NCBI RefSeq assembly: GCF_030611305.1
Contig: NZ_JAUWQB010000007.1
Span: forward strand, 76 to 64,075
Length of the DNA: 64,000 nucleotides
Source of the DNA: Desulfobacula sp.
GTDB taxonomy: Bacteria > Desulfobacterota > Desulfobacteria > Desulfobacterales > Desulfobacteraceae
Reading direction: 5' to 3'
In this document: in pieces, positions 34,211 to 42,410 of the stretch
How positions within the stretch are numbered: the stretch's first letter is position 1
Layout: the number at the start of each line of letters is the position of its first letter
Program-made: the position numbers and the translations under genes
Notes under the pieces: generated by a model
Seen by the model: only the letters and a program-made list of their open reading frames with translations
Told to the model about the DNA's origin: nothing
The model's database searches: none

Positions 34211-34561
34211 ATGATTAAACCTTATGTATATGTACTTATTGATCCCAGAAAACAGAATAAGGTTTTTTATGTTGGTAAAGGAAAAGGTGCGAGAGCGACT
34301 CATCACATCGTTGAAACAAAAAAAGAAATATCAAGCACAAATACAGACTCTAAAAAAGATGTTGAAGGTGCATTGACAAATTTGAATACTTTGGGCTTAA
34401 CTGATAAGCAGGCTTAAATCGCAGAATTGCTTGAGGAAAAATATAAAGCAGAAGATATTTGCAGGGTGGTGGCAATTATAGATACCGAGGAAGAAGCTTT
34501 CGCTTGTGAATCCCTTCTGATTCATTTCGTATATGGATTGAATAATCTATCCAAATATTAA
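34211..34561 (+). pseudogene. cassette 8: GIY-YIG-type nuclease-like gene interrupted by in-frame TAA (34415-34417)
   Basis: YVYVLIDPRKQNKVFYVGKGKGARATHH (GIY-YIG N-terminus). After the TAA the same frame continues IAELLEEKYKAEDICRVVAIIDTEEEAFACESLLIHFVYGLNNLSKY to a stop at 34559-34561. Confidence 0.6.
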
Positions 34562-34618
34562 AGCTGGACACAAAAGTTCACGGTTTAGACCCCCAGAAGC
34601 TGAAAAACGAAAAAATCC

Positions 34619-34704
34619 ATCGAACCAGTCGTGTACCCTGACCGGAGTCCACGGCGGTCCTTCCAAGCAGTTCCTCGGTCAGCAGGTTCACTCAAACGTT
34701 CGGT
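34619..34704 (+). repeat. attC-like site 8
   Basis: ATCGAACCAGTCGTG..CCCTGACCGGAG ... CCTCGGTCAGCAGG..CAAACGTTCGGT. Confidence 0.55.
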
Positions 34705-34764
34705 TCCTTTTTTACAAAACAAAAAATACTTGACGGTTGACGTAACTTGTCATATCATAAAGTC

Positions 34765-35049
34765 ATGATAAAGACGTTTAAATGTAAAGACACCGAAAAG
34801 CTTTTTAATGATTTAGAGGTAAAAAAATTTAGAAGCATTTATAGAACAGCACGAATAAAACTTGAGGTGCTAAATGCTGCTGTATCATTAAACAGTTTAC
34901 GAGTTCCGCCAGGAAACAGGCTTGAACAATTAAAAGGAAATAGAAAAGGTCAACATAGCATCAGAATCAATAATCAGTGGCGCATTTGTTTTATCTGGAA
35001 AGGAGAAAGCGTTAATGCGGTAGAAATTGTTGATTACCATAAGGGGTGA
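34765..35049 (+). CDS. higB: cassette 9a: HigB toxin (plasmid maintenance system killer, RelE/ParE superfamily)
   Basis: MIKTFKCKDTEKLFND...PPGNRLEQLKGNRKGQHSIRINNQWRICF is the classic HigB pattern. Start is ATG 34765 (the ORF track starts at TTG 34747). Confidence 0.8.
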   Translation: MIKTFKCKDTEKLFNDLEVKKFRSIYRTARIKLEVLNAAVSLNSLRVPPGNRLEQLKGNRKGQHSIRINNQWRICFIWKGESVNAVEIVDYHKG

Positions 35050-35053
35050 AATC

Positions 35054-35380
35054 ATGACAAAAACATTATCTCCAATCACACCGGGTGATATTCTTTTAGA
35101 AGAATTTCTTAAGCCAATGAACATCACTCAAAACCAATTATCAAAAGATATTTGCGTACCTGCAAATCGTGTTAGCCAAGTGGTTCATGGTAAAAGAGAA
35201 ATCACCGCTGACACTGCACTTAGGCTCGGTAAATATTTTGGTATAGAACCAGAATTTTGGCTTAACCTGCAAGTGCGATACAATATGAAAATTGCTCGAA
35301 AGAAGATAGGAAAAAAGATTGAAAAAGAAGTCAAAGTCTATTTTTCTCAAACTGAAAGACTTAACCATGCAAGTGGATGA
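35054..35380 (+). CDS. higA: cassette 9b: HigA antitoxin (XRE-type HTH)
   Basis: ITPGDILLEEFLKPMNITQNQLSKDICVPANRVSQVVHGKREITADTALRLGKYFG. ATG 35054 follows AAGGGG. Confidence 0.8.
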   Translation: MTKTLSPITPGDILLEEFLKPMNITQNQLSKDICVPANRVSQVVHGKREITADTALRLGKYFGIEPEFWLNLQVRYNMKIARKKIGKKIEKEVKVYFSQTERLNHASG

Positions 35381-35395
35381 TTCAATGACAGCGTG

Positions 35396-35523
35396 ACCGA
35401 ACATGGCGCTGGAGTGGATCGGGTGCTACTGAGCGGCTTTCGAAAGTTTCTGCTTTAACAAAAATTTTAATCATGCAGAGATTGTCGGCATTATGCCCCC
35501 GACCACTCAGCTTTGCGTTAATC
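35396..35523 (+). repeat. attC-like site 9 (long family, about 128 nt)
   Basis: 5' ACCGAACATGGCGCTGG; 3' CACTCAGCTTTGCGTTAATC. It shares CTACTGAGCGGCT and TTGTCGGCAT..CCCCCGACC blocks with site 2. Confidence 0.65.
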
Positions 35524-35603
35524 CTAACAATAATAGAAAAATATACTTTGAAAACTATATCACAATGAGGTATAGTTTAATTTATGAAAAGACTTTCAAC
35601 TAA

Positions 35604-35924
35604 ATGAGAAAATCAATAAAAGAAGCAATTGGAACAACTATTCAGGATATGCTTGACTCTGGGTTTCAATCATCGTTTACAAAAAAAGAACTCAATTCGC
35701 TCGGGGTTAAAATTCCAGATATTGTAATAACATCTACAGACATTAAAGGAATTAGAAAAAAAACGAATCTAAGTCAAGCTGTATTTGCTAAATTGTTAAA
35801 TGTCAGTCCATCATCTGTCAAGCAATGGGAGCAAGGGAAAAGAGTCCCAACAGGATCAACAAAAGTATTACTGGAACTTCTCAATAAATCCCCTCATCTT
35901 CTTAATTATAGAATTGGTATATAA
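35604..35924 (+). CDS. cassette 10: orphan XRE/MqsA-HigA2-type antitoxin-like HTH protein
   Basis: IRKKTNLSQAVFAKLLNVSPSSVKQWEQGKRVPTGSTKVLLELL. There is no room for a toxin gene upstream and no attC downstream. Confidence 0.6.
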   Translation: MRKSIKEAIGTTIQDMLDSGFQSSFTKKELNSLGVKIPDIVITSTDIKGIRKKTNLSQAVFAKLLNVSPSSVKQWEQGKRVPTGSTKVLLELLNKSPHLLNYRIGI

Positions 35925-35946
35925 TTTATTCAGTGATTCAATGGAT

Positions 35947-36411
35947 TTATTTGATTATCATGTTTTCCGGTAGACGGACGGCCACAACATTACCCGTTGC
36001 ACAGACTTTATTGTTTGCCAGTAATTTTGCATCGACCACCACTTTTTTCTCTTTTATTTCAACAACTTTGCCACGGATTTCAAGTTCCACACCCAAAGGT
36101 GTCGGAGCAAGATAATCCACTTTTAAGGATGCAGTGACAAACCGAAGGGATGGTTCCGTATCCATCTCTCTGCCTTCTTTTCGGTAGGTTGCAGCAGCAG
36201 CAGTTCCCACACAATGGCAGTCAATAAGAGATGCAATCAAGCCGCCATAAACAAATCCCGGAATGGCAATATGGTGTTCATTGGGAAGGAACTTAACAAC
36301 ACTTTCTTCTCCATCCCAATAGCTTTTTATCTGTAATCCGTGCTCATTCAGCCTGCCGCATCCGTAGCAGTGACTGAAATCTTCCGAATAGTAGTCCTGA
36401 AATGCTTTCAT
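35947..36411 (-). CDS. PaaI-family hotdog thioesterase
   Basis: CYGCG ... PGFVYGGLIASLIDCH pattern; 154 aa. Confidence 0.7.
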   Translation of the reverse strand: MKAFQDYYSEDFSHCYGCGRLNEHGLQIKSYWDGEESVVKFLPNEHHIAIPGFVYGGLIASLIDCHCVGTAAAATYRKEGREMDTEPSLRFVTASLKVDYLAPTPLGVELEIRGKVVEIKEKKVVVDAKLLANNKVCATGNVVAVRLPENMIIK

Positions 36412-36445
36412 TTTTTATGTCTCCTTTGCAAAAGATTAATTCGTA

Positions 36446-37282
36446 TTAAATATAGTACTGAAGGGTAAGCCCCACCCCGACTTCTTTTAAATTGACAACC
36501 TTGGACAGGGCGATTTTTGATGTAAGGTCTGTACAATGACAGGCATGAATCTCTATGGGATGAAGGTTTTCAAAGTAGGAAATGGTACCATCAAGCTGGT
36601 GTTTTGAGGGATTTTGCAGATGAAATCCTCCGATAACATCCAGGATTTGCTGGTCCCCGCAGATTTTTTTTGCATATTCAATGATATTGCATATGCCTGC
36701 GTGGGAACATCCGGTAATAATGACGAGTCCTTTTGAGGTTTTACAGACAAGGGCGGAATCTTCAATGACTTTATCGTCTTCACTGGCCCCGTCTTTTCTG
36801 CCAAATGTCAGGTCACCCTCAAAATCATTTGTTCTTGGTATTTCTCCAAGAAATACAAGATGCTCGGTCAAAAATTGAGGTTCTTTGCTCAAGCTAAGAT
36901 CAAAGTGCTTGGCAAGTCTGTCTTTTGAAATCAAAGAGCCGAATTCTCTGAACCCGTCAGCGCCGGCACCAGTCAAACTTTTCGGATGTGCGACCAGGGC
37001 AGGGCGTGAAAAAGAACGGTGTTCAATTTCCAATTCAGCAAAATACCGGATGAACGGTTCTATCCCCCATGTATGATCCAGGTGGCTGTGGGAAAGAACA
37101 ATAAAATCCAGATGATTCAGGTCTTTTCCCATCTTCTGGGCATTCTTGATAAAGATGTCCGAATAACCCGTATCAAATAAAACAGACAACCCCTCAACCT
37201 CGATGAGGAATGACAATCCGGGCTCTGCCAGAAAATACCGGTCAATAAGAGTATTGTTGTCTACAAGAACAGTGAGCCGCAT
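36446..37282 (-). CDS. MBL-fold metallo-hydrolase
   Basis: HxHxDH motif LSHSHLDHTWG. Start placed at ATG 37282 (MRLTVLVDNN) behind AAAGGA. The longer ORF-track N-terminus looks non-coding. Confidence 0.75.
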   Translation of the reverse strand: MRLTVLVDNNTLIDRYFLAEPGLSFLIEVEGLSVLFDTGYSDIFIKNAQKMGKDLNHLDFIVLSHSHLDHTWGIEPFIRYFAELEIEHRSFSRPALVAHPKSLTGAGADGFREFGSLISKDRLAKHFDLSLSKEPQFLTEHLVFLGEIPRTNDFEGDLTFGRKDGASEDDKVIEDSALVCKTSKGLVIITGCSHAGICNIIEYAKKICGDQQILDVIGGFHLQNPSKHQLDGTISYFENLHPIEIHACHCTDLTSKIALSKVVNLKEVGVGLTLQYYI

Positions 37283-37507
37283 AATCATTTCCTTTGTCAC
37301 AAACGGGCTGTGCAAGTTAATGCCATTCCATGCGACATTTTTTTTGCTTCCGCACCAACATAGATGATTCCCCATGCAAGTCAAGCAAAAAAGGGATGAC
37401 CCCAAGGTGATTGCAGGTAAATTATAAAATTTTGCCAATAAGACCGGACTTGGTTAAAAATCTATACAGCAACTTTTTTTATTTGACAAAAAAGATTCAT
37501 ATGTTAC

Positions 37508-37529
37508 TATTCAATTAATCGCTTGAATA
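37508..37529. promoter_or_regulatory. inverted repeat, candidate ArsR-family operator
   Basis: TATTCAA-N8-TTGAATA (perfect 7-bp arms) ends 19 nt upstream of the ArsR-rhodanese start. Confidence 0.4.
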
Positions 37530-37547
37530 ATAGAGGAATAGAATATC

Positions 37548-38213
37548 ATGAACCCGAACAGACGATTTAAAGATGAAATATATGATCAATTTTCACGGAT
37601 TGGCAAAGCGGTTTCAAGCCCCAAACGACTTGAGCTTTTAGATATCCTTTGCCAGGGAGAAAGAACGGTTGAAAACCTTGCAAATGAAACCTCCCTTACC
37701 ATTGCCAATACGTCTCAACACCTTCAGGTATTAAAAAATTCCCGACTAGTTGAACAGGAAAAAAAGGGATTGTATGTGGTCTACCGGCCTGCGCCCATGG
37801 TCTGCGAATTCTTTTTATCCATGCGCAAGGTTGCTGAGAATCGGATTGCAGAAATTGAACAGATTAAAAACCGCTTTCTTGAAGGGAAAAAAGGAATGGA
37901 ATCGATTGACCGGGATGCATTGATAAAACGCATACAAAAAGAAGAGGTCACCATACTGGATGTCCGCCCGCCGGAAGAATTCAGGGCAGGTCATATTAAA
38001 GGAGCCGTGTCCGTTCCCTTGAAGGAACTTGGACTCATGCTGACAAAACTTCCTAAAAATAAAGAAATTGTTGCTTACTGTCGGGGACCTTATTGTGTCC
38101 TTTCTGTTGAGGCAGTCCAGTTGTTAAACGAGAAAGGATATCATGCAGTACGTCTTGAAGAAGGTGTCCAGGACTGGCGTGCCATGGGACTGCCTGTGGC
38201 CTCAGGTGAATAA
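37548..38213 (+). CDS. ArsR/SmtB-family HTH regulator fused to a rhodanese domain
   Basis: KRLELLDILCQGERTVENLANETSLTIANTSQHLQVLK (ArsR HTH). The rhodanese part has the loop IVAYCRGPYCVLS. Confidence 0.85.
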   Translation: MNPNRRFKDEIYDQFSRIGKAVSSPKRLELLDILCQGERTVENLANETSLTIANTSQHLQVLKNSRLVEQEKKGLYVVYRPAPMVCEFFLSMRKVAENRIAEIEQIKNRFLEGKKGMESIDRDALIKRIQKEEVTILDVRPPEEFRAGHIKGAVSVPLKELGLMLTKLPKNKEIVAYCRGPYCVLSVEAVQLLNEKGYHAVRLEEGVQDWRAMGLPVASGE

Positions 38214-38231
38214 TAATTTAAGGAAAGTGAT

Positions 38232-39989
38232 TTGAAGACAATTAAAAAAAACTTCACTGCATTGATTGTAATCTTTCTTACAATCAGTGCGTTGTGGTTT
38301 ACCAACCGGGCGGTTACTCTCCAGGATGCATCCTGGGAGGATGTAGTAGCAGAATCAAAGGCCGGTGGGTATAACCTTATAAAAACAGATGAGCTTTGGG
38401 AAAAATACCAGAAAGATCCGGACAACCTTCTCTTTGTTGATACCCGCCAGGAATGGGAATTTCGAACAGGACATATCAAACAGGCCGTCAATTTTCCCAT
38501 GGAGCCAACCTGGCTTTCCCGATGGCAGAAAAAAACTTCTCTTGAAAAGTTTTTAGGGCCGGATAAAGACCGGACCATTGTTTTTTACTGAGCCGGCCTG
38601 GCATGAGTCCGAAGCGACTCGGCAGCCCGTGTGGCTGTAAAACTTGGTTACACAAATATTTATCGTGATCCTCTAGGCTATCCTGAATGGCAGGCAAAAG
38701 GATTTCCTGTAAACAGCACTCCAGCCGGAACAGCTGGTATAGCCCAAATCGGAGAGGTTTCAAACTCTTCCGGAGACAATGCCTATGGTCAACTACACGG
38801 CTGGGCCATGACCTGGACGCTTCTGGGTATTTTTGTCGGTGGTATGGCCCTGAACCTTACTCCATGCGTATATCCCCTCATCCCGGTCACCATATCCTAT
38901 TTTAGCGGCAGGAGCGGTAAAGGACAGACTATTGCCCACGGCTTATGCTATGTGGGCGGAATCGCCTTTACAAATTCATTACTGGGAGTGTTTGCCGCCT
39001 TGACAGGCGGCTTGATGGGAGCAATTCTCCAGCATCCCCTGGTACTGATGATTATCGCAGTTCTTTTAATTTCTCTTTCTTTCAGCCTGTTCGGGTTCTG
39101 GGAATTACGGGTTCCTTATGGGCTTATGCAGGCAGCAACAAAATCACATGCAGGATTTTTAGGCTCTTTATTTATGGGACTCATGATGGGGGTCGTTGCA
39201 GCCCCTTGTATCGGTCCGTTTGTCCTGGGTTTGCTCACCTGGGTAGCCAGCATGGGTAGTCCCTGGCTGGGGTTTATCATTTTCTTTACCTTAAGTTTAG
39301 GATTGGGTCTGCCAATTTTTTTCCTGGCCATATTTTCGGGTAATATCAGTAGGCTTCCCCGGTCGGGTGAATGGATGCTATGGGTCAGAAAACTCATGGG
39401 TTGGGTCTTGATGGGTATGGCTGTCTATTTTATCCAGCCGCTTTTTCCCAAAACCATCGGAATTTTTGTTATGGCAGGGGTGGCTCTTTTGGCAGGGCTT
39501 CACCTGGGCTGGGTCGACAAAACAAAGGCAGCGTTTAAATCCTTTGAATGGATTAAAATGACTGTAGCCATGGCGGCATTCGTATTCATGACCATTCTTG
39601 TGGGAAGCTTTATCACCCAGGGGCCTGGAGTAAGTTTTAATTCCTATGATAAAAATCTGCTGGTACAGGCAAAAAATGAGGGAAAACTTGTGATTATAGA
39701 TTTTTTCGCAGAATGGTGCAGCCCCTGTCGGGAACTTGATGATATTACTTTTCATGACGACAGAGTGGTGGAGCCGATAGCAAAGGATTTTATTCTGATC
39801 AAGGTGGACCTGACCCTCAAAGGTAATCCAATCCATGAGAAACTACTAAATGAATATCATATTAAAGGGGTTCCAACTATTGTGTTCCTGGACAGGAAAG
39901 GCCAGGAAATCAAAGAACTTCGTCTGGTAGATTTTGAACCCCCGGAACTATTTCTGGAAAGGTTAAACAAGGCAAAACAGATACAATAA
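38232..39989 (+). CDS. selenoprotein: membrane-anchored rhodanese (U-x4-U) fused to a DsbD/CcdA-type transmembrane domain and a C-terminal thioredoxin; in-frame UGA at 38589-38591 and 38604-38606
   Basis: ORFs 38232..38591 and 38631..39989 are in the same frame. The read-through gives TIVFY-U-AGLA-U-VRSDSAARVAVKLGYTNIYRDPLGYPEWQAKGFPV, completing one rhodanese fold. Downstream come TPCVYPLIP and AAPCIGPF (DsbD beta-type Cys) and FFAEWCSPC (Trx). Confidence 0.75.
38604..38621 (+). promoter_or_regulatory. candidate SECIS-type hairpin
   Basis: UGAGUC-CGAAGC-GACUCG: a 6-bp stem (one G-U pair) with a hexaloop, starting 12 nt after the first UGA and including the second UGA. Confidence 0.35.
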
Positions 39990-40009
39990 AAATATTTAAG
40001 GAGGCAATT

Positions 40010-40327
40010 ATGTTAAAAGTGAGTTTTTTTTTAAACGAGCCCAATGGGAAGCCATGAAAGCACTTCAAAAAAATCATGCCCAGGCTGGGCAAAATATATG
40101 ATATAGAGATCGAAGTCATATCCAAACCCAAAGCCGAATACAATACAGATGAATACTTTGAACTGGATCTGCCCCTGGCCCCTGCAGTCATGGTGGGCGA
40201 TGAAATCGTGACGGAAGGGGCAGATGTGCCCCAGTATGATATAGAGGCGACTATTTGCAGACATCTGAACTTGCCGTTTCCGGAAAAAAAAGAAAAGGGG
40301 CTTTTAGGAAAAGTATTCAAAAAATAA
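40010..40327 (+). CDS. small thioredoxin-fold selenoprotein (in-frame UGA at 40055-40057)
   Basis: A strong RBS AAGGAGG (39998-40004) lies 5 nt before ATG 40010. The frame reads MLKVSFFLNEPNGKP-U-KHFKKIMPRLGKIYDIEIEVIS.. and runs into ORF 40076..40327, which has no RBS of its own. U sits at the beta1-loop-alpha1 redox position. Confidence 0.7.
40078..40090 (+). promoter_or_regulatory. candidate SECIS-type hairpin (apical part)
   Basis: GCCCA-GGC-UGGGC lies 20 nt downstream of the UGA. ATCAT (40073-40077) and ATGAT (40098-40102) could extend the stem. Confidence 0.3.
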
Positions 40328-40408
40328 AAATGAGGCTTTGGCTAATCTTATTTCAAAATGCACAAGGCAATGACCGGCAGTCTGTAGAAAAGAATCAGGT
40401 TCAGGTTG

Positions 40409-42337
40409 TTAGAAGATGGCCTCATTATTTAATGTTCTTTCTTTAACATGATGGGATACTGACGTGACAAACTCATCCATGGAAAGTCCCATTCTGACCT
40501 TGCCGTCAAGGGTTCTGACAGAAAGAGTTTCGCTTCCTTTTTCTTTATCTCCGATGGTGATGATCAACGGGATATAGTTTAACTGGGCATCCCTGATTTT
40601 CTTTTTCAGGGTTTCGCTTCTTTTGTCCACCTCACATCTGATTTTACATGCTTCAAGTTCTGATTTGATCTGGCTGGCATATTCCAACAAATCCTGGTTG
40701 ATGGGAAGCAGGATGGCCTGCACAGGCGCCAGCCACAACGGGAATTTTCCGGCAAAATGTTCCACAAGGATGCCGAAAAATCTTTCCAGAGATCCATAAA
40801 TAGTGCGGTGGATCATTATGGGTCGGTGCTTTTCATTATCTTTGCCTTTGTAAGTCAGGTCAAATCTTTCCGGCAAAGCCATATCCAGTTGGATTGTTCC
40901 GCATTGCCAGGTTCTGTCTAAAGCATCTTTGATGTGGAGATCGATTTTAGGTCCGTAAAATGCACCATCCCCTTCATTAATAACGTATCCATGACCATAG
41001 AGTTCCAATGCAGCCTTAAGGCCGTTTGTAGCTTCTTCCCACTGCTCATCTGAGCCGATTGATTTTTCGGGCCGGGTGGAGAGTTCCAGATTAAAATTCA
41101 GGCCGAACCTGCTATAGATTCTCTGGGACAGTTTCAGTACACCAAGGACTTCATTTTCGATTTGATCCGGAGTCATGAAAATATGGGCATCATCCTGATG
41201 AAAGGCGCGAACCCTGAAAAGACCTGAAAGTGCTCCGGAAAATTCGTGCCTGTGAACCAGGCCGATTTCGCCGGCTCTTATGGGAAGATCCCTGTAGGAA
41301 TAGGCCTTTGTTTTGTAAATCAGCATGCCGCCGGGGCAGTTCATGGGTTTTATGGCATATTCTTCATCATCAATCACGGACGTATACATATTTTCACGGT
41401 AATTTTCCCAGTGACCGCTTTGTTCCCAGAGTTTTTTGTTGAGCATGACAGGGGTTTTGGTTTCCACATAACCTGCAGCTCTGTGTTCATCACGCCAGTA
41501 TTCAAGGAGGGCATTCCATACCTCAACGCCCTTTGCATGGAAAAAGGGCATGCCGGCAGCTTCATCATGAAAAGAGTAAAGATCCAGTTTGGTGCCAAGT
41601 TTTCGGTGATCCCGTTTTTTGGCTTCCTCAATCAGGTGGATATACTTGTTGAGCTTTTTTTTATCAAAAAACGAGATGCCGTAAAGTCGCTGGAGCTGTT
41701 CCCTTGTCTGGTCTGCTCTCCAGTAGGCACCGGATATCTTTAACAGTTTGAAACCTTTAATCATGCCGGTATGGGGAATGTGGGGGCCTCGGCAAAGGTC
41801 TATGAATTTACCATTCTGATAAAGGGATATTTCTTCGGCTCCGTCAAGTTCATTGATGAGTTCAAGCTTAAATGGATTGTCCTTGAATATGTCAAGGGCC
41901 TCTCCCTTTGAAACAACTTTGCGTTCAAATGTATTTTTGGATTTGATAATTTTTTTCATTTCCGTTTCAATGGCGCCAAAATCATCTTTTGAGATTGGGT
42001 CCATATCAATATCATAATAAAATCCGTCTTCCACCACAGGACCGATGGTCAGTTTGGCATCCGTATAAATGTTTAACACGGCTTCGGCCATGACATGGGC
42101 AGAAGAATGCCTTAAGATGTCAAGACCTTCATCATCCTTGGCGGTTATAAAACTGATGGTGCAATTTTCCTTGATGGGAAGGCTTAAATCCAAAAGCAGG
42201 TCATCAATTTTCATTGCCACACAATTTCTGGCAAATCCGTCTGAAATACTTTTGGCAACATCCATTCCTGTGGGGATGTTTTCAAAGCTCTTTATACTAT
42301 TGTCCGGAAATGTTATGTTAATCATCTTGTTTTCCAT
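40409..42337 (-). CDS. thrS: threonine--tRNA ligase
   Basis: 642 aa. TGS-domain N-terminus (INITFPDNSIKSF), HSSAHVMA editing motif, class II core (FRVRAFHQDDAHIF). Confidence 0.95.
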   Translation of the reverse strand: MENKMINITFPDNSIKSFENIPTGMDVAKSISDGFARNCVAMKIDDLLLDLSLPIKENCTISFITAKDDEGLDILRHSSAHVMAEAVLNIYTDAKLTIGPVVEDGFYYDIDMDPISKDDFGAIETEMKKIIKSKNTFERKVVSKGEALDIFKDNPFKLELINELDGAEEISLYQNGKFIDLCRGPHIPHTGMIKGFKLLKISGAYWRADQTREQLQRLYGISFFDKKKLNKYIHLIEEAKKRDHRKLGTKLDLYSFHDEAAGMPFFHAKGVEVWNALLEYWRDEHRAAGYVETKTPVMLNKKLWEQSGHWENYRENMYTSVIDDEEYAIKPMNCPGGMLIYKTKAYSYRDLPIRAGEIGLVHRHEFSGALSGLFRVRAFHQDDAHIFMTPDQIENEVLGVLKLSQRIYSRFGLNFNLELSTRPEKSIGSDEQWEEATNGLKAALELYGHGYVINEGDGAFYGPKIDLHIKDALDRTWQCGTIQLDMALPERFDLTYKGKDNEKHRPIMIHRTIYGSLERFFGILVEHFAGKFPLWLAPVQAILLPINQDLLEYASQIKSELEACKIRCEVDKRSETLKKKIRDAQLNYIPLIITIGDKEKGSETLSVRTLDGKVRMGLSMDEFVTSVSHHVKERTLNNEAIF

Positions 42338-42410
42338 TGTGTTATGGTGTCAGTTAAATGTAAAACATGAATTTTAGAAGAAGTGGTGTAAACAATCAAG
42401 GGAAAAAACA

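Larger units (their letters stand above)
28690..35930 (+). mobile_element. decayed chromosomal integron: intI remnant + array of about 10 cassettes separated by attC-like sites
   Basis: A minus-strand intI N-terminal fragment faces a run of short same-strand ORFs. Nine of the ten ORFs are followed by an imperfect palindrome bounded by ..AAC (5') and GTT.. (3'); the last has none. Confidence 0.75.

Noticed and set aside
29833-35523. The recurring approx. 126-nt elements as a CRISPR array or REP/MITE family
   Set aside because: The spacing is gene-sized (550-940 nt), with one ORF per unit. The repeats are imperfect and internally palindromic, with AAC/GTT termini. This fits attC sites, not CRISPR repeats.
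37283-37438. N-terminal 52 aa of ORF 36446..37438
   Set aside because: It is Cys/Trp-rich nonsense without an RBS. MBL-fold homologues start at MRLTVLVDN, which has an AAAGGA RBS.
38589-38606. The two TGA codons as true stops, a pseudogene or sequencing errors
   Set aside because: Both fall exactly on positions occupied by Cys in the adjacent paralogous rhodanese loop, and the frame is preserved. The downstream ORF lacks its own RBS and N-terminus. A hairpin follows at SECIS distance, and a second UGA-containing gene lies next door.
40076-40327. ATG 40076 as the real start of an 83-aa protein
   Set aside because: It has no Shine-Dalgarno sequence and the protein would lack the first beta-strand. 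The upstream ATG 40010 has a near-perfect RBS and an open frame apart from one UGA.
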